Shown: piece by piece, positions 24,738 through 33,855 of the stretch
How the letters are laid out: each line of letters begins with the position of its first letter
Position numbering within the stretch: position 1 is the stretch's first letter
Origin: an uncultured bacterium
GTDB lineage: Bacteria; Gemmatimonadota; Gemmatimonadetes; Longimicrobiales; RSA9
Reading direction: 5' to 3'
NCBI GenBank assembly: GCA_937907535.1
Contig: CALCID010000008.1
Coordinates: 15,393 to 79,392, forward strand
Length of the DNA: 64,000 nucleotides
Made by a program: the position numbers and the translations under genes
Notes under the pieces: model-generated
The model's input: the letters and a program-made list of their open reading frames with translations, nothing else
What the model was told of the DNA's origin: nothing
Databases searched by the model: none

Positions 24738-27599
24738 ATGATGAGTTCGGTTTGCCGCGCATCGACGCTGTTCGCGGCCGCGTTCCTGCTCGCGGCGAAC
24801 GGCGTCCTGGGCCAGGCCACCGGCACCATCATCGGCCGCGTGGTGGAAGTGCAGTCCGGAAAGCCGCTGGCGGGCGCCGAAGTCCGGATCGCCCATCCGC
24901 CGCTCCGCACCCTCACCACCGAGGAGGGGCGCTTCGTCCTCGCCGCCGTGCCCGTGGGCCAACGCACCCTCCACATCGAGTTGCTCGGGTATCGGCCCGT
25001 CACCATCGAAGGGGTCCAGATCCGCGCAGGACGGCCCACCGAGTTGCAGATCGAGCTCCAGCCCACCGCCCTCGAACTGGAGGGCGTGGCCGTGGATGTG
25101 GACCGCATTCGGTTGATCGAGCCGGACATCGCGGTCTCCCACGAGGTGCTCATAGGCCGCGAGCTCCGCGACCTCCCCGTCGACCGCGTCGCGGACGCGA
25201 TCGAACTCGCGCCCGGCGTCTCGGACGGCCATTTCCGCGGCGGGAGGATCGGCCAGGAAGTCTACGTGGTGGACGGCATCGCCGTGAAGAACCAGCTCGA
25301 GGCCTCCACCCAGGGTGCGGCCATCGAGCTGTCTCCCACCTCCATCGAGGAGCTGGACGTCATCACCGGCGGCTTCGGCGCCGAGTACGGCAACGCCCTC
25401 GCCGGCGTCGTCTCCTTCGTCACCCGCCGGGGCAACCCGGACCGTTGGGAACGACGGGTCTCTCTGTTGACCGACGCCTTCGCTTCCAGCCTCTCCCGCG
25501 GGTTCACCGGGCTCTCCATCTCCGCCGGCGGCCCGATCGGGTTCCTGGGCCGCGGCACCACGATCTTCATGGACCTGTTCGCCCAGGGGATGCTGGATGC
25601 CGACCCGCGCGCCCGCGGGCTCACCTGCCTCCAGCCGGACGACGTCGGTCCCGACCTCGCAGCCGAGATCCTCGCCCTGTCCCGGTACTCCGGCCCGGCG
25701 CGCCTGCACTGCCCGTACGTGAGCGACATGATCCCGCACCAGGCCGGAGACAAGCTCATTGCCTTCGCGCGCCTGGACCGCCCGCTCTCCGGCGAGACCT
25801 CGCTCAGCGCGACCGTGCTCCGGAACCGGACGCAGCAGCAGCTCTACACGCCGGAGTTCAAGTACAACCCGCATTACCAGCTCGGTCAGCGGACCGGCGC
25901 CACCATGGCCACGGTCACCCTGGACTGGACGCGCCACCGCGAGGGCCGCGCCTACCATGTGACCGCCCGCGGTGCGGCCATGCGCCAGGAGAGAATGCTC
26001 GGCGCGATCGACGTGCGCGCCGCGGAGGACCGGGCCTCCCTGGCCGGCTTTGCGTTCTCCCGACTCCAGTTCCTGGGCGAGGACTTCATGCGCCGGCCCA
26101 TCGAGGAGCAGCTCGCTGCGGCCACCGGCATACCCGGCTACATCCGGCCGGGCGGTGCCACCGGCTCGCCATTCGGGCCCGCCGGCGAAGGGATCTTCTT
26201 CACGGAAGGCACGCCCTCCCTCGCGGCCTGGACCCGCTCGGAGTTCATTGGCGGGGACGTCACCGGCGAGCTCTACGCGGCCCAGGGCAGCGCGTTGCGC
26301 GGCGGCGCATCCGTCCGGTTCTACCGCGTCGAGAGCTATGAGCGGGTGCTCGCGTACCTGCCCGGCTCCGTGCCGAACTACGCGCGCTTCTATCCGGCTA
26401 CGGTCAGCGCGTTCGCCGAAGCCAGGCTCGCCGCCGCCGAGGAGGTCACCATCCAGCTCGGAGCACGGCTGGAAGCGTTCCGCTCCGGCCTCCGTTACGT
26501 GGAGGACCGGGCCAACCTCCTCGCGCCCGTGCTCGATGCCGGATGGAAGTACAGCATCATGCCGCGGATCAGCGCGGTCGGACCGGTGCCCGGCACGAAC
26601 GGAGCCACCGCTTTCCGGTTCAGCTTCGGACTCGTCGCCCAACCGCCCGACTTCCAGTACTTCCTCGACACCGCCATCGGCGACTCGCTGCGCACCGACA
26701 TCCGTCGGCAGGGCAATCCCAACCTCGCCTTCGAACGCGGCACGTCCTACGAGGTCGGGCTGAGCCAGCTCCTCGGGGAAGGCTATTCCGTGACCGTCAC
26801 GGGCTTCCGCAAGGAGCTCACGAACCTGGTGACCGGCAGCATTCAGTTCGAGAATACCGCGCCGGGCCAGTTCACCACCGGCGCCTACGGATCCGCGAAC
26901 GGCCTGGAGGTCGCGGCCCGCGGCCGCTGGCCCGGCATCACGGCCAGGGTCGGTTACACGCTCCAGAAAGCCACCGGCCTGGTCTCCAGCGCCCTGAGCG
27001 ACACCCTGGTGTCGCGCGACGACCGGGAGCTCGTCGAAGCCCCGCTCGCCTTCGACCGTCGCCACACCGCGGATGCCGCGCTCTTCCTCGGCCGCGCCGC
27101 CGGCAACGTGGACTCCAGGTGGAGCGCATCGCTGGTGACGTCGATCCGCAGCGGTTACCCGTTCCCGCGCCCGGCGTCCGATACGATCCGGCTCGGCAGC
27201 CCGTTCCCGGAGAACCTGCCCTGGACCGCGCGGCTGGACCTCCGGCTCAGCCGGGAGCTCGGGAAGGTGCCGGGCTGCGACCGGTGCGCCTGGCGGATCG
27301 TCGCGGACGGTCGCAACGTGCTCGGCCGGACGAACGTGCTCGGCCTCCGTCGGGAGACCGGGACGGTCTCCCCCTCCATCGACGAGGTCCGGACGCTGGC
27401 CGCTCACCCGACCGATAACCAGCCGATCCCGAGGGAATCGCCGCGCTATTCAGCGCACGTCGACCTCGACGCCGATGGCGTGATCTCGGCCGAAGAGTTC
27501 CGCATCGCCCGCATCGCCGCGGCGATCGACCGCTTCGACCCGACGCTCTTCTTCGCCGAGCCGCGCCTCATCCGAGTGGGACTGGAGGTCAATTTCTGA
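24738..27599 (+). CDS. TonB-dependent receptor with N-terminal CarboxypepD_reg domain
   Basis: 953 aa. It has a signal peptide, then GTIIGRVVEVQSGKPLAGAEVRI...TEEGRFVLAAVPVGQRTLHIELLGYRP (CarboxypepD_reg), then a plug domain (VYVVDGIAVKN...ELDVITGGFGAEYGNALAGVVSFVTRRG). The C-terminal barrel strand ends in ...RVGLEVNF. Confidence 0.9.
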   Translation: MMSSVCRASTLFAAAFLLAANGVLGQATGTIIGRVVEVQSGKPLAGAEVRIAHPPLRTLTTEEGRFVLAAVPVGQRTLHIELLGYRPVTIEGVQIRAGRPTELQIELQPTALELEGVAVDVDRIRLIEPDIAVSHEVLIGRELRDLPVDRVADAIELAPGVSDGHFRGGRIGQEVYVVDGIAVKNQLEASTQGAAIELSPTSIEELDVITGGFGAEYGNALAGVVSFVTRRGNPDRWERRVSLLTDAFASSLSRGFTGLSISAGGPIGFLGRGTTIFMDLFAQGMLDADPRARGLTCLQPDDVGPDLAAEILALSRYSGPARLHCPYVSDMIPHQAGDKLIAFARLDRPLSGETSLSATVLRNRTQQQLYTPEFKYNPHYQLGQRTGATMATVTLDWTRHREGRAYHVTARGAAMRQERMLGAIDVRAAEDRASLAGFAFSRLQFLGEDFMRRPIEEQLAAATGIPGYIRPGGATGSPFGPAGEGIFFTEGTPSLAAWTRSEFIGGDVTGELYAAQGSALRGGASVRFYRVESYERVLAYLPGSVPNYARFYPATVSAFAEARLAAAEEVTIQLGARLEAFRSGLRYVEDRANLLAPVLDAGWKYSIMPRISAVGPVPGTNGATAFRFSFGLVAQPPDFQYFLDTAIGDSLRTDIRRQGNPNLAFERGTSYEVGLSQLLGEGYSVTVTGFRKELTNLVTGSIQFENTAPGQFTTGAYGSANGLEVAARGRWPGITARVGYTLQKATGLVSSALSDTLVSRDDRELVEAPLAFDRRHTADAALFLGRAAGNVDSRWSASLVTSIRSGYPFPRPASDTIRLGSPFPENLPWTARLDLRLSRELGKVPGCDRCAWRIVADGRNVLGRTNVLGLRRETGTVSPSIDEVRTLAAHPTDNQPIPRESPRYSAHVDLDADGVISAEEFRIARIAAAIDRFDPTLFFAEPRLIRVGLEVNF

Positions 27600-28780
27600 T
27601 GCGTACTCTCCCCGTCCTGCACCGTCGAGCCGCGGTCCTGCTCACGGCGGCGTGCGCCGCGTGCGCCGAGCCGCCTGCGGCCTTCGAGCCTGTCGACCGC
27701 CCCCAGGATCCGGTCGTCAGTCCCTGGCGGTTGACGTTCAATCCCGGCGATGACCACACCCCGGTCTGGTCGCTGGGCGGAGACTCGATCATCTACGTGG
27801 CCCAGGGGTTCGAACCGGGCATGACGTCTCCCGGGGTCCTGGTCGTGCAGCCGAAGGAACGCGGCGTCGCGTTACCGCTCCTGACGAGCATCCAGCACCC
27901 CTCGGCTCCACAACGCTGGCTCACCGCTCCTGCCCCATCGCCGGATGGGCAGCGCCTGGCATTCGTCGAGCTCCAGGAGGTGATCCTGGCCGAGCCGTGC
28001 TCCGGCACCTGGATCTGCGATTCGGCCGACACGGTCGGCTCGGTGGCCACCCTCCTCGGGGCGGACGTCCGGGTCCGGAGCCTCGACGCCACCGGACCGC
28101 TCGCCAACGATCCCCTGCTCCGCCTGAACCTGCCCGCCCGGTACGACCTGGGGCACGAGCCAGGCTCCGGCCTCATGTGGACCAGACTCGAGGTGCTCCC
28201 CTATCAAGAGCTCTTCCGGGATGAGGACGCTCCCATCTTCCGCCCGGGTTGGTCGCCCGACGGCCGTCGTATCGTGACGAGCGACGGCGTGTCGCTCCGG
28301 ATCTGGGACGTGGCCAGCGGTGTCTCGTCTCCGATCCCTGGCACGGAGGATGGCATGCTCGCCGCCTGGAGCCCCGACGGAGAGTGGATCGCGTTCGTCA
28401 AGCCGGAACGTACGGACAGGATACGGTTCAGGTGCACCTGCATGACCGGATTCGGCCCCATCGCCGTGCAGGACCGGGTCGTGTACAGGACCGGGCGCCG
28501 CATGATCGCTATCATCCGGCCGGACGGCACCGGCTACGCCGAGCTCGTGGAGGGGACGGAACCCGCATGGCTGCCGGACTCCCGCGGCATCTGCTTCCAG
28601 AACGCCGACCGGCTCTGGGTGGTGTCCATTGACGGCGGATCGCCGATCGAAATCCCGAACACGATGGGTGGCCGAGAACCCGCCGTTTCACCCGATGGGC
28701 GCTATGTGGTCTTCTCTCGCCGGGCCCCGGCGGGAGACCGGGATGTCTGGATCGCCGAAATGAGAAGCTCAGTACCATGA
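27599..28780 (+). CDS. Lipoprotein with PD40/TolB-like beta-propeller repeats
   Basis: 393 aa. It has a lipobox-like LLTAAC, and repeated SPDG motifs (PSPDGQRLAF, WSPDGRRIV, WSPDGEWIAF, VSPDGRYVVF). The start overlaps the upstream stop (TGATG). Confidence 0.8.
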   Translation: MRTLPVLHRRAAVLLTAACAACAEPPAAFEPVDRPQDPVVSPWRLTFNPGDDHTPVWSLGGDSIIYVAQGFEPGMTSPGVLVVQPKERGVALPLLTSIQHPSAPQRWLTAPAPSPDGQRLAFVELQEVILAEPCSGTWICDSADTVGSVATLLGADVRVRSLDATGPLANDPLLRLNLPARYDLGHEPGSGLMWTRLEVLPYQELFRDEDAPIFRPGWSPDGRRIVTSDGVSLRIWDVASGVSSPIPGTEDGMLAAWSPDGEWIAFVKPERTDRIRFRCTCMTGFGPIAVQDRVVYRTGRRMIAIIRPDGTGYAELVEGTEPAWLPDSRGICFQNADRLWVVSIDGGSPIEIPNTMGGREPAVSPDGRYVVFSRRAPAGDRDVWIAEMRSSVP

Positions 28781-29895
28781 TGCGTGGCCATCCGAACCGT
28801 ATCGGCCCGGCATTGCGTACCGTCGTCGTGGGCCTCGTGATCGCCGCTGCCTGCGCAGGGTGTGGAGATCCGGTCCTGATCCTCGGTGACCAGCCGGCCG
28901 TGTTCCGGATCGTCGTCGGGATCCCGGGCTCGTCCGGCACCACGGTCGACTCGCTCGGGACGGCCAGCGAACTCACCGGACCGCAAGGACTGGCCGCCTC
29001 GGGGGATGGCACGGTCTATATCGCGGACCGGAGGGGCCGGATCGTGGCCGCGGATGCGCGTGGCCGCTTCCACGTCCTGGTCGATCACGGCAACTGCACG
29101 TCTGCCGCGTGCGTGCTCGGTCAGCCCCACGGCATCGCCCTCGACCAGTCCGGGGGGCTCCTCGTGGCCGACGAACGCAACCATCGCATCTGGCGCCTCG
29201 ACCTCCAGACCCGCACGTTGACACCCGTGGCCGGGACCGGCACGGTCGGCCTTTCCCCCGACGGCACCCCCGCCCTCGAGGCCCGCCTCGGACAGCCGAC
29301 CGGCGTGGTCGTTGCCCCTGACGGGCGCATCATCTTCTCGGAGCGGAGCAACCACCGCGTTCTCGCCATCCAACCCGATGGCACCATCACCACCCTCGCC
29401 GGAACCGGCAGCCCCGGATTCTCGGGAGACGGCGGCCCGGCCGCGGACGCCCGCATGACCGGACCCGCCGGCCTCGCCATTGCCGGCTCCATCCTCTACA
29501 TCGCCGAGGGCGGCGGACACCGGGTCCGGCGCGTGGATCTCACGTCCGGGATCATCCAGACCGTCGCCGGCACCGGGAGCATGGATTTCGGAGGCGACGG
29601 CGGCCCGGCCACCCAGGCTCGGCTGCGCAACCCTCTCGCCGTGGCCGTGTCCCACGATGGCCGCGTCCTCTACGTGGCGGACACCGGCAACCGCCGCGTG
29701 CGCGCCGTGTCCCTGGCGAACGGCGTGATCACGACCTTCGCCGGAACCGGCGAAGCGGAGTTCAACGGGGATCTCCTGGAGGCAGGCGCTACCGCGCTGG
29801 GCGCGCCCTCCGCCCTCGCGGTCTCCCCGCTCGGGCAGTTCTACGTTGCAGACGCCGAGCAGCACGTGGTGCGACGCACCACGCTCGGGTTCTGA
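28777..29895 (+). CDS. NHL-repeat lipoprotein
   Basis: 372 aa with lipobox IAAACAGC. It has repeated units such as GTGSPGFSGDGGPAADARMTGPAGLAI, GTGSMDFGGDGGPATQARLRNPLAVAV and YVADTGNRRVRAV. There is an ATGA overlap with the upstream gene. Confidence 0.85.
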   Translation: MMRGHPNRIGPALRTVVVGLVIAAACAGCGDPVLILGDQPAVFRIVVGIPGSSGTTVDSLGTASELTGPQGLAASGDGTVYIADRRGRIVAADARGRFHVLVDHGNCTSAACVLGQPHGIALDQSGGLLVADERNHRIWRLDLQTRTLTPVAGTGTVGLSPDGTPALEARLGQPTGVVVAPDGRIIFSERSNHRVLAIQPDGTITTLAGTGSPGFSGDGGPAADARMTGPAGLAIAGSILYIAEGGGHRVRRVDLTSGIIQTVAGTGSMDFGGDGGPATQARLRNPLAVAVSHDGRVLYVADTGNRRVRAVSLANGVITTFAGTGEAEFNGDLLEAGATALGAPSALAVSPLGQFYVADAEQHVVRRTTLGF

Positions 29896-29952
29896 CCTCG
29901 CCCGCGCGGCCACGCCGCCCGCAGCGTCGGTTAGGGAAATACGATCACCGGC

Positions 29953-32226
29953 TCAGAAGCGCCACTCGACGCCGAGCACCGGGAGGACCGGCAACGCGGC
30001 CAGGGGGTGCGGCCTCGCGTCGCCGAGGGAATCGAAGTGATAGAAGAGCGCGTCCCGCCGGTCCAGGGCGTTCAGCACCTTCAGGTACGGCGTGACATCG
30101 ACGGCGCTGCCGCGGAACGTGGTGCTCCAGGTCCGGGACACCTCCGCGTCCAGCCGCAGGTAGGGCTCGTCCGGCGAAGCAATGGCCGGCTCCAGCCCGC
30201 CCATCTCCTTCCGATAGCTCACGAAGTGCAGCGGGTCCCCGGCCGTGAACGCCGTCTCGCCACCCATCCCCACGTCCGGCACCGCGGTGTATGGAAGCCC
30301 CGCACCATACGCCACGCGCACGCCGAACCGACCACTCGGGCCGAGCCGCCCGTTCAGCCCCGCGCTCAGGAGTTGACGGCCGGCGAACAGCCGCGTGGCT
30401 CGCCGGTCGCCATCCGCCGACCACGTCCAGGCGAGTGAGTAGCCGAGCCAGCCCGTGATCCGACCCGCGCTCCGGCGGACCCAGAGGTCCACCCCGGATG
30501 CGTTCGCCTGCCCGTCCGCCGCGGTCAGCTCACCGCCGGGGACCGGCGTCGCCCGTCCATCCCCCGGCACGCCCTCGAACCGCTTGAAGAACCCTTCCAC
30601 CCCCAGGCGGATCCCCTCTCCCAGCTCCTGATCCAGCGCCATGACCACGTGGGAAGCCCGCGCGATGGCCAGCGGGGAGCTCGGGATCGACACGTCCGGC
30701 ATCGCAGGATGGAGCCCGGAGCCCACGATGGCCGGCGACCGGACGTACTGGCGATACCGACCCGCCGCCAGCGTCAACGCCGCGCGATCCGTGATCAGCC
30801 AGGTGGCCGCGACGCGCGGCGCGAACCTCGGCGCCGGGCTGATGGAGAACACGTCCGCCCGCATCCCGCCACGCACCTGGACGCGCGGCGTCACATCCAT
30901 CGAGGCGTCCACGTACACGCCGCCGACGTTCCCATTCACCCGCTTCTCGTGCACCACCTCGGTGCCCGGGATCACCGCCGACGACTCGAAACGATAGAGC
31001 AGCTCGAGGTGATCGAACGACGCGCCGTAGCGCAGCTGCACCCGCCCCGCCATCCTCGCGAGGTCCGCCGCGAAGCGCGCACGCCGGGAAGTCCCCTGCG
31101 CCAGGAGCGGGATCGCGCCCCCGATGGGGAGCTGCGTCTCGAACTCGCCGAACGCCACGACCACATCCGCTTCCGATTCGCCCAGCATCCCGTGGTATCG
31201 GACCGAGCCCGCCCGGTTCCCCCAGCTCGCCGGATGCTCCCCGTGCCGCGCCGAATCCAGCTCGACCGATTCGTAGTTCACGAACCCCGTCGCGGCGATC
31301 TTCGAGCCCGGCGCGACATCCAGATCCAGCCGCACGAGCCCGTCCGCATACCCGTACGGGAACGACTCCTCGATGAACTGCAGCGCCCCGAGCCCGTGGA
31401 CCGCCCGTGTGGCCACCAGGTAACGGAGCCCCCCTCCCAGCACCGGCCCCTCGAGCATGGCCCGGGCGCCCAGCAGGTCCAGCGCGCCCGTCGAGTGCGT
31501 GGCGCCCCCCCGCCCCGCCCGCGTCTCCATCTCCAGCACGTACGAGATCCCGCCATCGTAGCGCGCCGGCGCGCCGCCGAGATACAGCGTGGCGCTACGG
31601 AGCAGCTCGGGCTCGAACGAGTTGATCAGGCCTCCGAGGTGGAACGGCGCGTAGACGGGCACACCGTCGAGGAGGACGAGCTTGAGGTCCGCCGCCGCCC
31701 CGCGGACGAAGAGCACGTCCCGCGGGTCGATCGGTTCGTGGCCGGGCACGCCTTTCGCCACCTCCGCCATCCCCATCTCCACGACGCCCGGCGTGGCCTC
31801 CAGGGCCCGCACCGTCGCCGCGCCGAGCTCCAGCGCACCCGCGGCAACCGTGTCCGCCCCGTTCCGGTTCCGCCGTGAGTGCGCACGGACGGTCACCGGC
31901 GAAAGCGCGATCGGCCGGAGCTCCAGCGTGATGTCCAGCGACACCTCGCTGCCGGCCGGAACCAGGACCTCGACCTCGAAGCTCGTGTGGTCGATGTGCC
32001 GCGCGCGGATGACCTGTCTACCGGGCGGCACTCCGCGAAGGACGTATCTGCCGTGGATGTCCGTGGTGGTGGCTAGGTACTCCGGACCGCCGAGTACCTC
32101 GAGGATGGCGTACGGCACGGGGGCGCCGGTCCCTTCGCTGCGGACTTCGCCGCGTACGACCCCGGGGACCGGGCCCTGCATGACGGGCGCGGCGTACCAC
32201 AACGCAAGAGCGAAGATTGCGATCAT
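29953..32226 (-). CDS. TonB-dependent receptor-like outer-membrane protein with CarboxypepD_reg domain
   Basis: 757 aa. It contains VVRGEVRSEGTGAPVPYAILEVLG...DIHGRYVLRGVPPGRQVIRARHIDH (CarboxypepD_reg) and plug-like VLFVRGAAADLKLVLLDGVPVYAPFHLGG. The terminal strand is LPVLGVEWRF. Confidence 0.85.
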   Translation of the reverse strand: MIAIFALALWYAAPVMQGPVPGVVRGEVRSEGTGAPVPYAILEVLGGPEYLATTTDIHGRYVLRGVPPGRQVIRARHIDHTSFEVEVLVPAGSEVSLDITLELRPIALSPVTVRAHSRRNRNGADTVAAGALELGAATVRALEATPGVVEMGMAEVAKGVPGHEPIDPRDVLFVRGAAADLKLVLLDGVPVYAPFHLGGLINSFEPELLRSATLYLGGAPARYDGGISYVLEMETRAGRGGATHSTGALDLLGARAMLEGPVLGGGLRYLVATRAVHGLGALQFIEESFPYGYADGLVRLDLDVAPGSKIAATGFVNYESVELDSARHGEHPASWGNRAGSVRYHGMLGESEADVVVAFGEFETQLPIGGAIPLLAQGTSRRARFAADLARMAGRVQLRYGASFDHLELLYRFESSAVIPGTEVVHEKRVNGNVGGVYVDASMDVTPRVQVRGGMRADVFSISPAPRFAPRVAATWLITDRAALTLAAGRYRQYVRSPAIVGSGLHPAMPDVSIPSSPLAIARASHVVMALDQELGEGIRLGVEGFFKRFEGVPGDGRATPVPGGELTAADGQANASGVDLWVRRSAGRITGWLGYSLAWTWSADGDRRATRLFAGRQLLSAGLNGRLGPSGRFGVRVAYGAGLPYTAVPDVGMGGETAFTAGDPLHFVSYRKEMGGLEPAIASPDEPYLRLDAEVSRTWSTTFRGSAVDVTPYLKVLNALDRRDALFYHFDSLGDARPHPLAALPVLPVLGVEWRF

Positions 32227-32362
32227 GCGACTATCGCGAGGCGGAGTCCCGGAACGTGGCCACGGCCCACCCGTGCGGACACGTGCTTGCGTAATATACG
32301 CTTACCGGACCGCTACGTCACGCCCTCCGTCCAACCGCCCGCCCCCGCGGGCCCCGACCGCA

Positions 32363-33169
32363 CTACTCGCCGATACGGAATCGCAGCTCCTGCCCGTACC
32401 CGTTCGTGTCCGGCGACGTGAATCGGAGGCGCCCCCCCTCCTTGGCGATGAGCGTCCGACCATCCAGCTCGATCACCGCATCCCGCGCCGACCGCGGCAG
32501 CTCGATCACGATCTCGCCGTTACCGCCGCCGGTCACTTCGATCCGGCCGGGGCCCGTCCCGAAACGCGCCGTGGTCGCGCCGCCCGTCACGCGCACGGCC
32601 GCCAGGCCGCTGTCCACGAGCCGGACGCGCACCTCGGACTCCGGCGCCAGCGAGCGCAACAGGATCCGAACACGCCCCGCGGACGGCTCGACCGCGAAGC
32701 CGACCGGCGTCGGCTCGGCCGCCGCCTCCGGCTCCTGCCCCGCCGTCATCCCGGGCACCGGCGTCTGCTCGCCCCGATCCCCGCTGACCCACTCGACCGC
32801 GGTCTCCCACAGCGCAACGACCCACTCCCGGGCAGGAGAGCCCGGCAGCGCCGCCACCGCCCCCGCACCGCCGAACGCCAGCACCACGATCGCGGCCCGG
32901 AGCCACGCCCGCCGCGCGCCTCCCGCGCTGTACGACACGTATGCGCCCGACTCCGCTCGCTCCCGTACATCCGCCGCCGTCGTCGCCGGAACCGGCCCGT
33001 CCAGCAGCGCAACGGCCCTCGAAAACGTCTCCGCCGACTCACGCAGCACCCCGTACGCGCCACGGCACGCGGCGCAGCTTGCCAGATGGCCGCGCACCTC
33101 CGCCCGATCGCCCGCCGGCAACGCGTCATCCAGGTACGCCTGGAGTTCGCCCTCACTCACGTGCTTCAT
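32363..33169 (-). CDS. Anti-sigma factor (zf-HC2 type) with a non-FecR extracytoplasmic domain
   Basis: 268 aa. The N-terminus HLASCAACRGAY matches the H-x3-C-x2-C motif. It has a central TM helix (AWLRAAIVVLAFGGAGAVAAL). There is a 4-nt overlap with the upstream ECF sigma gene. Confidence 0.8.
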   Translation of the reverse strand: MKHVSEGELQAYLDDALPAGDRAEVRGHLASCAACRGAYGVLRESAETFSRAVALLDGPVPATTAADVRERAESGAYVSYSAGGARRAWLRAAIVVLAFGGAGAVAALPGSPAREWVVALWETAVEWVSGDRGEQTPVPGMTAGQEPEAAAEPTPVGFAVEPSAGRVRILLRSLAPESEVRVRLVDSGLAAVRVTGGATTARFGTGPGRIEVTGGGNGEIVIELPRSARDAVIELDGRTLIAKEGGRLRFTSPDTNGYGQELRFRIGE

Positions 33170-33651
33170 CGTGATTCCTCTTCCGCCATGTAGGCCTGCG
33201 TGAATCGGCGCAATGCACGGCCGAGCAGCGTTCCGATCGAGCCGGGCGCCACGCCCGCCGCACGGGCCATCTCGTCGTAGCTGAATCCCTCCTCCCGCAT
33301 GAGGAGAAGCTGTCGGTCCCTGGGCGGGATCCGTGCCAGCGCGTTCCGCACCGCCTCGATCGCCTCGCTCCGTTCCACGGTCTCGTCCGGCCGGGCCGGC
33401 GGACCGGGCGCCACGTACGCCGACAGGATCAACCGCTGCCGCCTGCCATCCTTACGGATCCCATCCCTGACGAGATTCGTGGCAACGGTGAAGAGCCACG
33501 GTCGGACCTCGTCGGCCGGAAGCGACTGGCGGAGCAGACGCACGAACGCTTCCTGCGCAATGTCATCCGCCGCATCCGCGTCCCCGGTCAGTCGATGCAG
33601 ATAGCGGAACAGCGACGGGTATAGCTTGTGGAACAGAGCGTCGAAATCCAC
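33166..33651 (-). CDS. ECF-family RNA polymerase sigma factor
   Basis: 161 aa. Region 2 reads LFRYLHRLTGDADAADDIAQEAFVRLL and WLFTVATNLVRDGIRK. Region 4 reads RDRQLLLMREEGFSYDEMARAAGVAPGSIGTLLGRALRR. Confidence 0.95.
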   Translation of the reverse strand: MDFDALFHKLYPSLFRYLHRLTGDADAADDIAQEAFVRLLRQSLPADEVRPWLFTVATNLVRDGIRKDGRRQRLILSAYVAPGPPARPDETVERSEAIEAVRNALARIPPRDRQLLLMREEGFSYDEMARAAGVAPGSIGTLLGRALRRFTQAYMAEEESR

Positions 33652-33855
33652 GTTGCTCCGGGGCCGGGATCGTCATCCAAAGAACGCGCGGCGCCGACGG
33701 CTTGTGACACGCGCCCGGCCGCCAGGTCGCCATGCGCTCCAACCAGAACGTCTTGCGCGCTTATCGCCGGTCTGTTCCCCTACTACACCGGACCGGTCCG
33801 CCGGATCACACCCGCCCCCGACCACGACTGGCGCCCGGAGCCGCCCACGGCCGCC

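Noticed and set aside
24219-27407. 1062-aa minus-strand ORF, the longest in the region
   Set aside because: It is entirely antisense to the well-supported TonB-dependent receptor gene. The translation is Arg/Gly/Pro/Ala-rich with no motif. This is the typical stop-free shadow frame of high-GC DNA.
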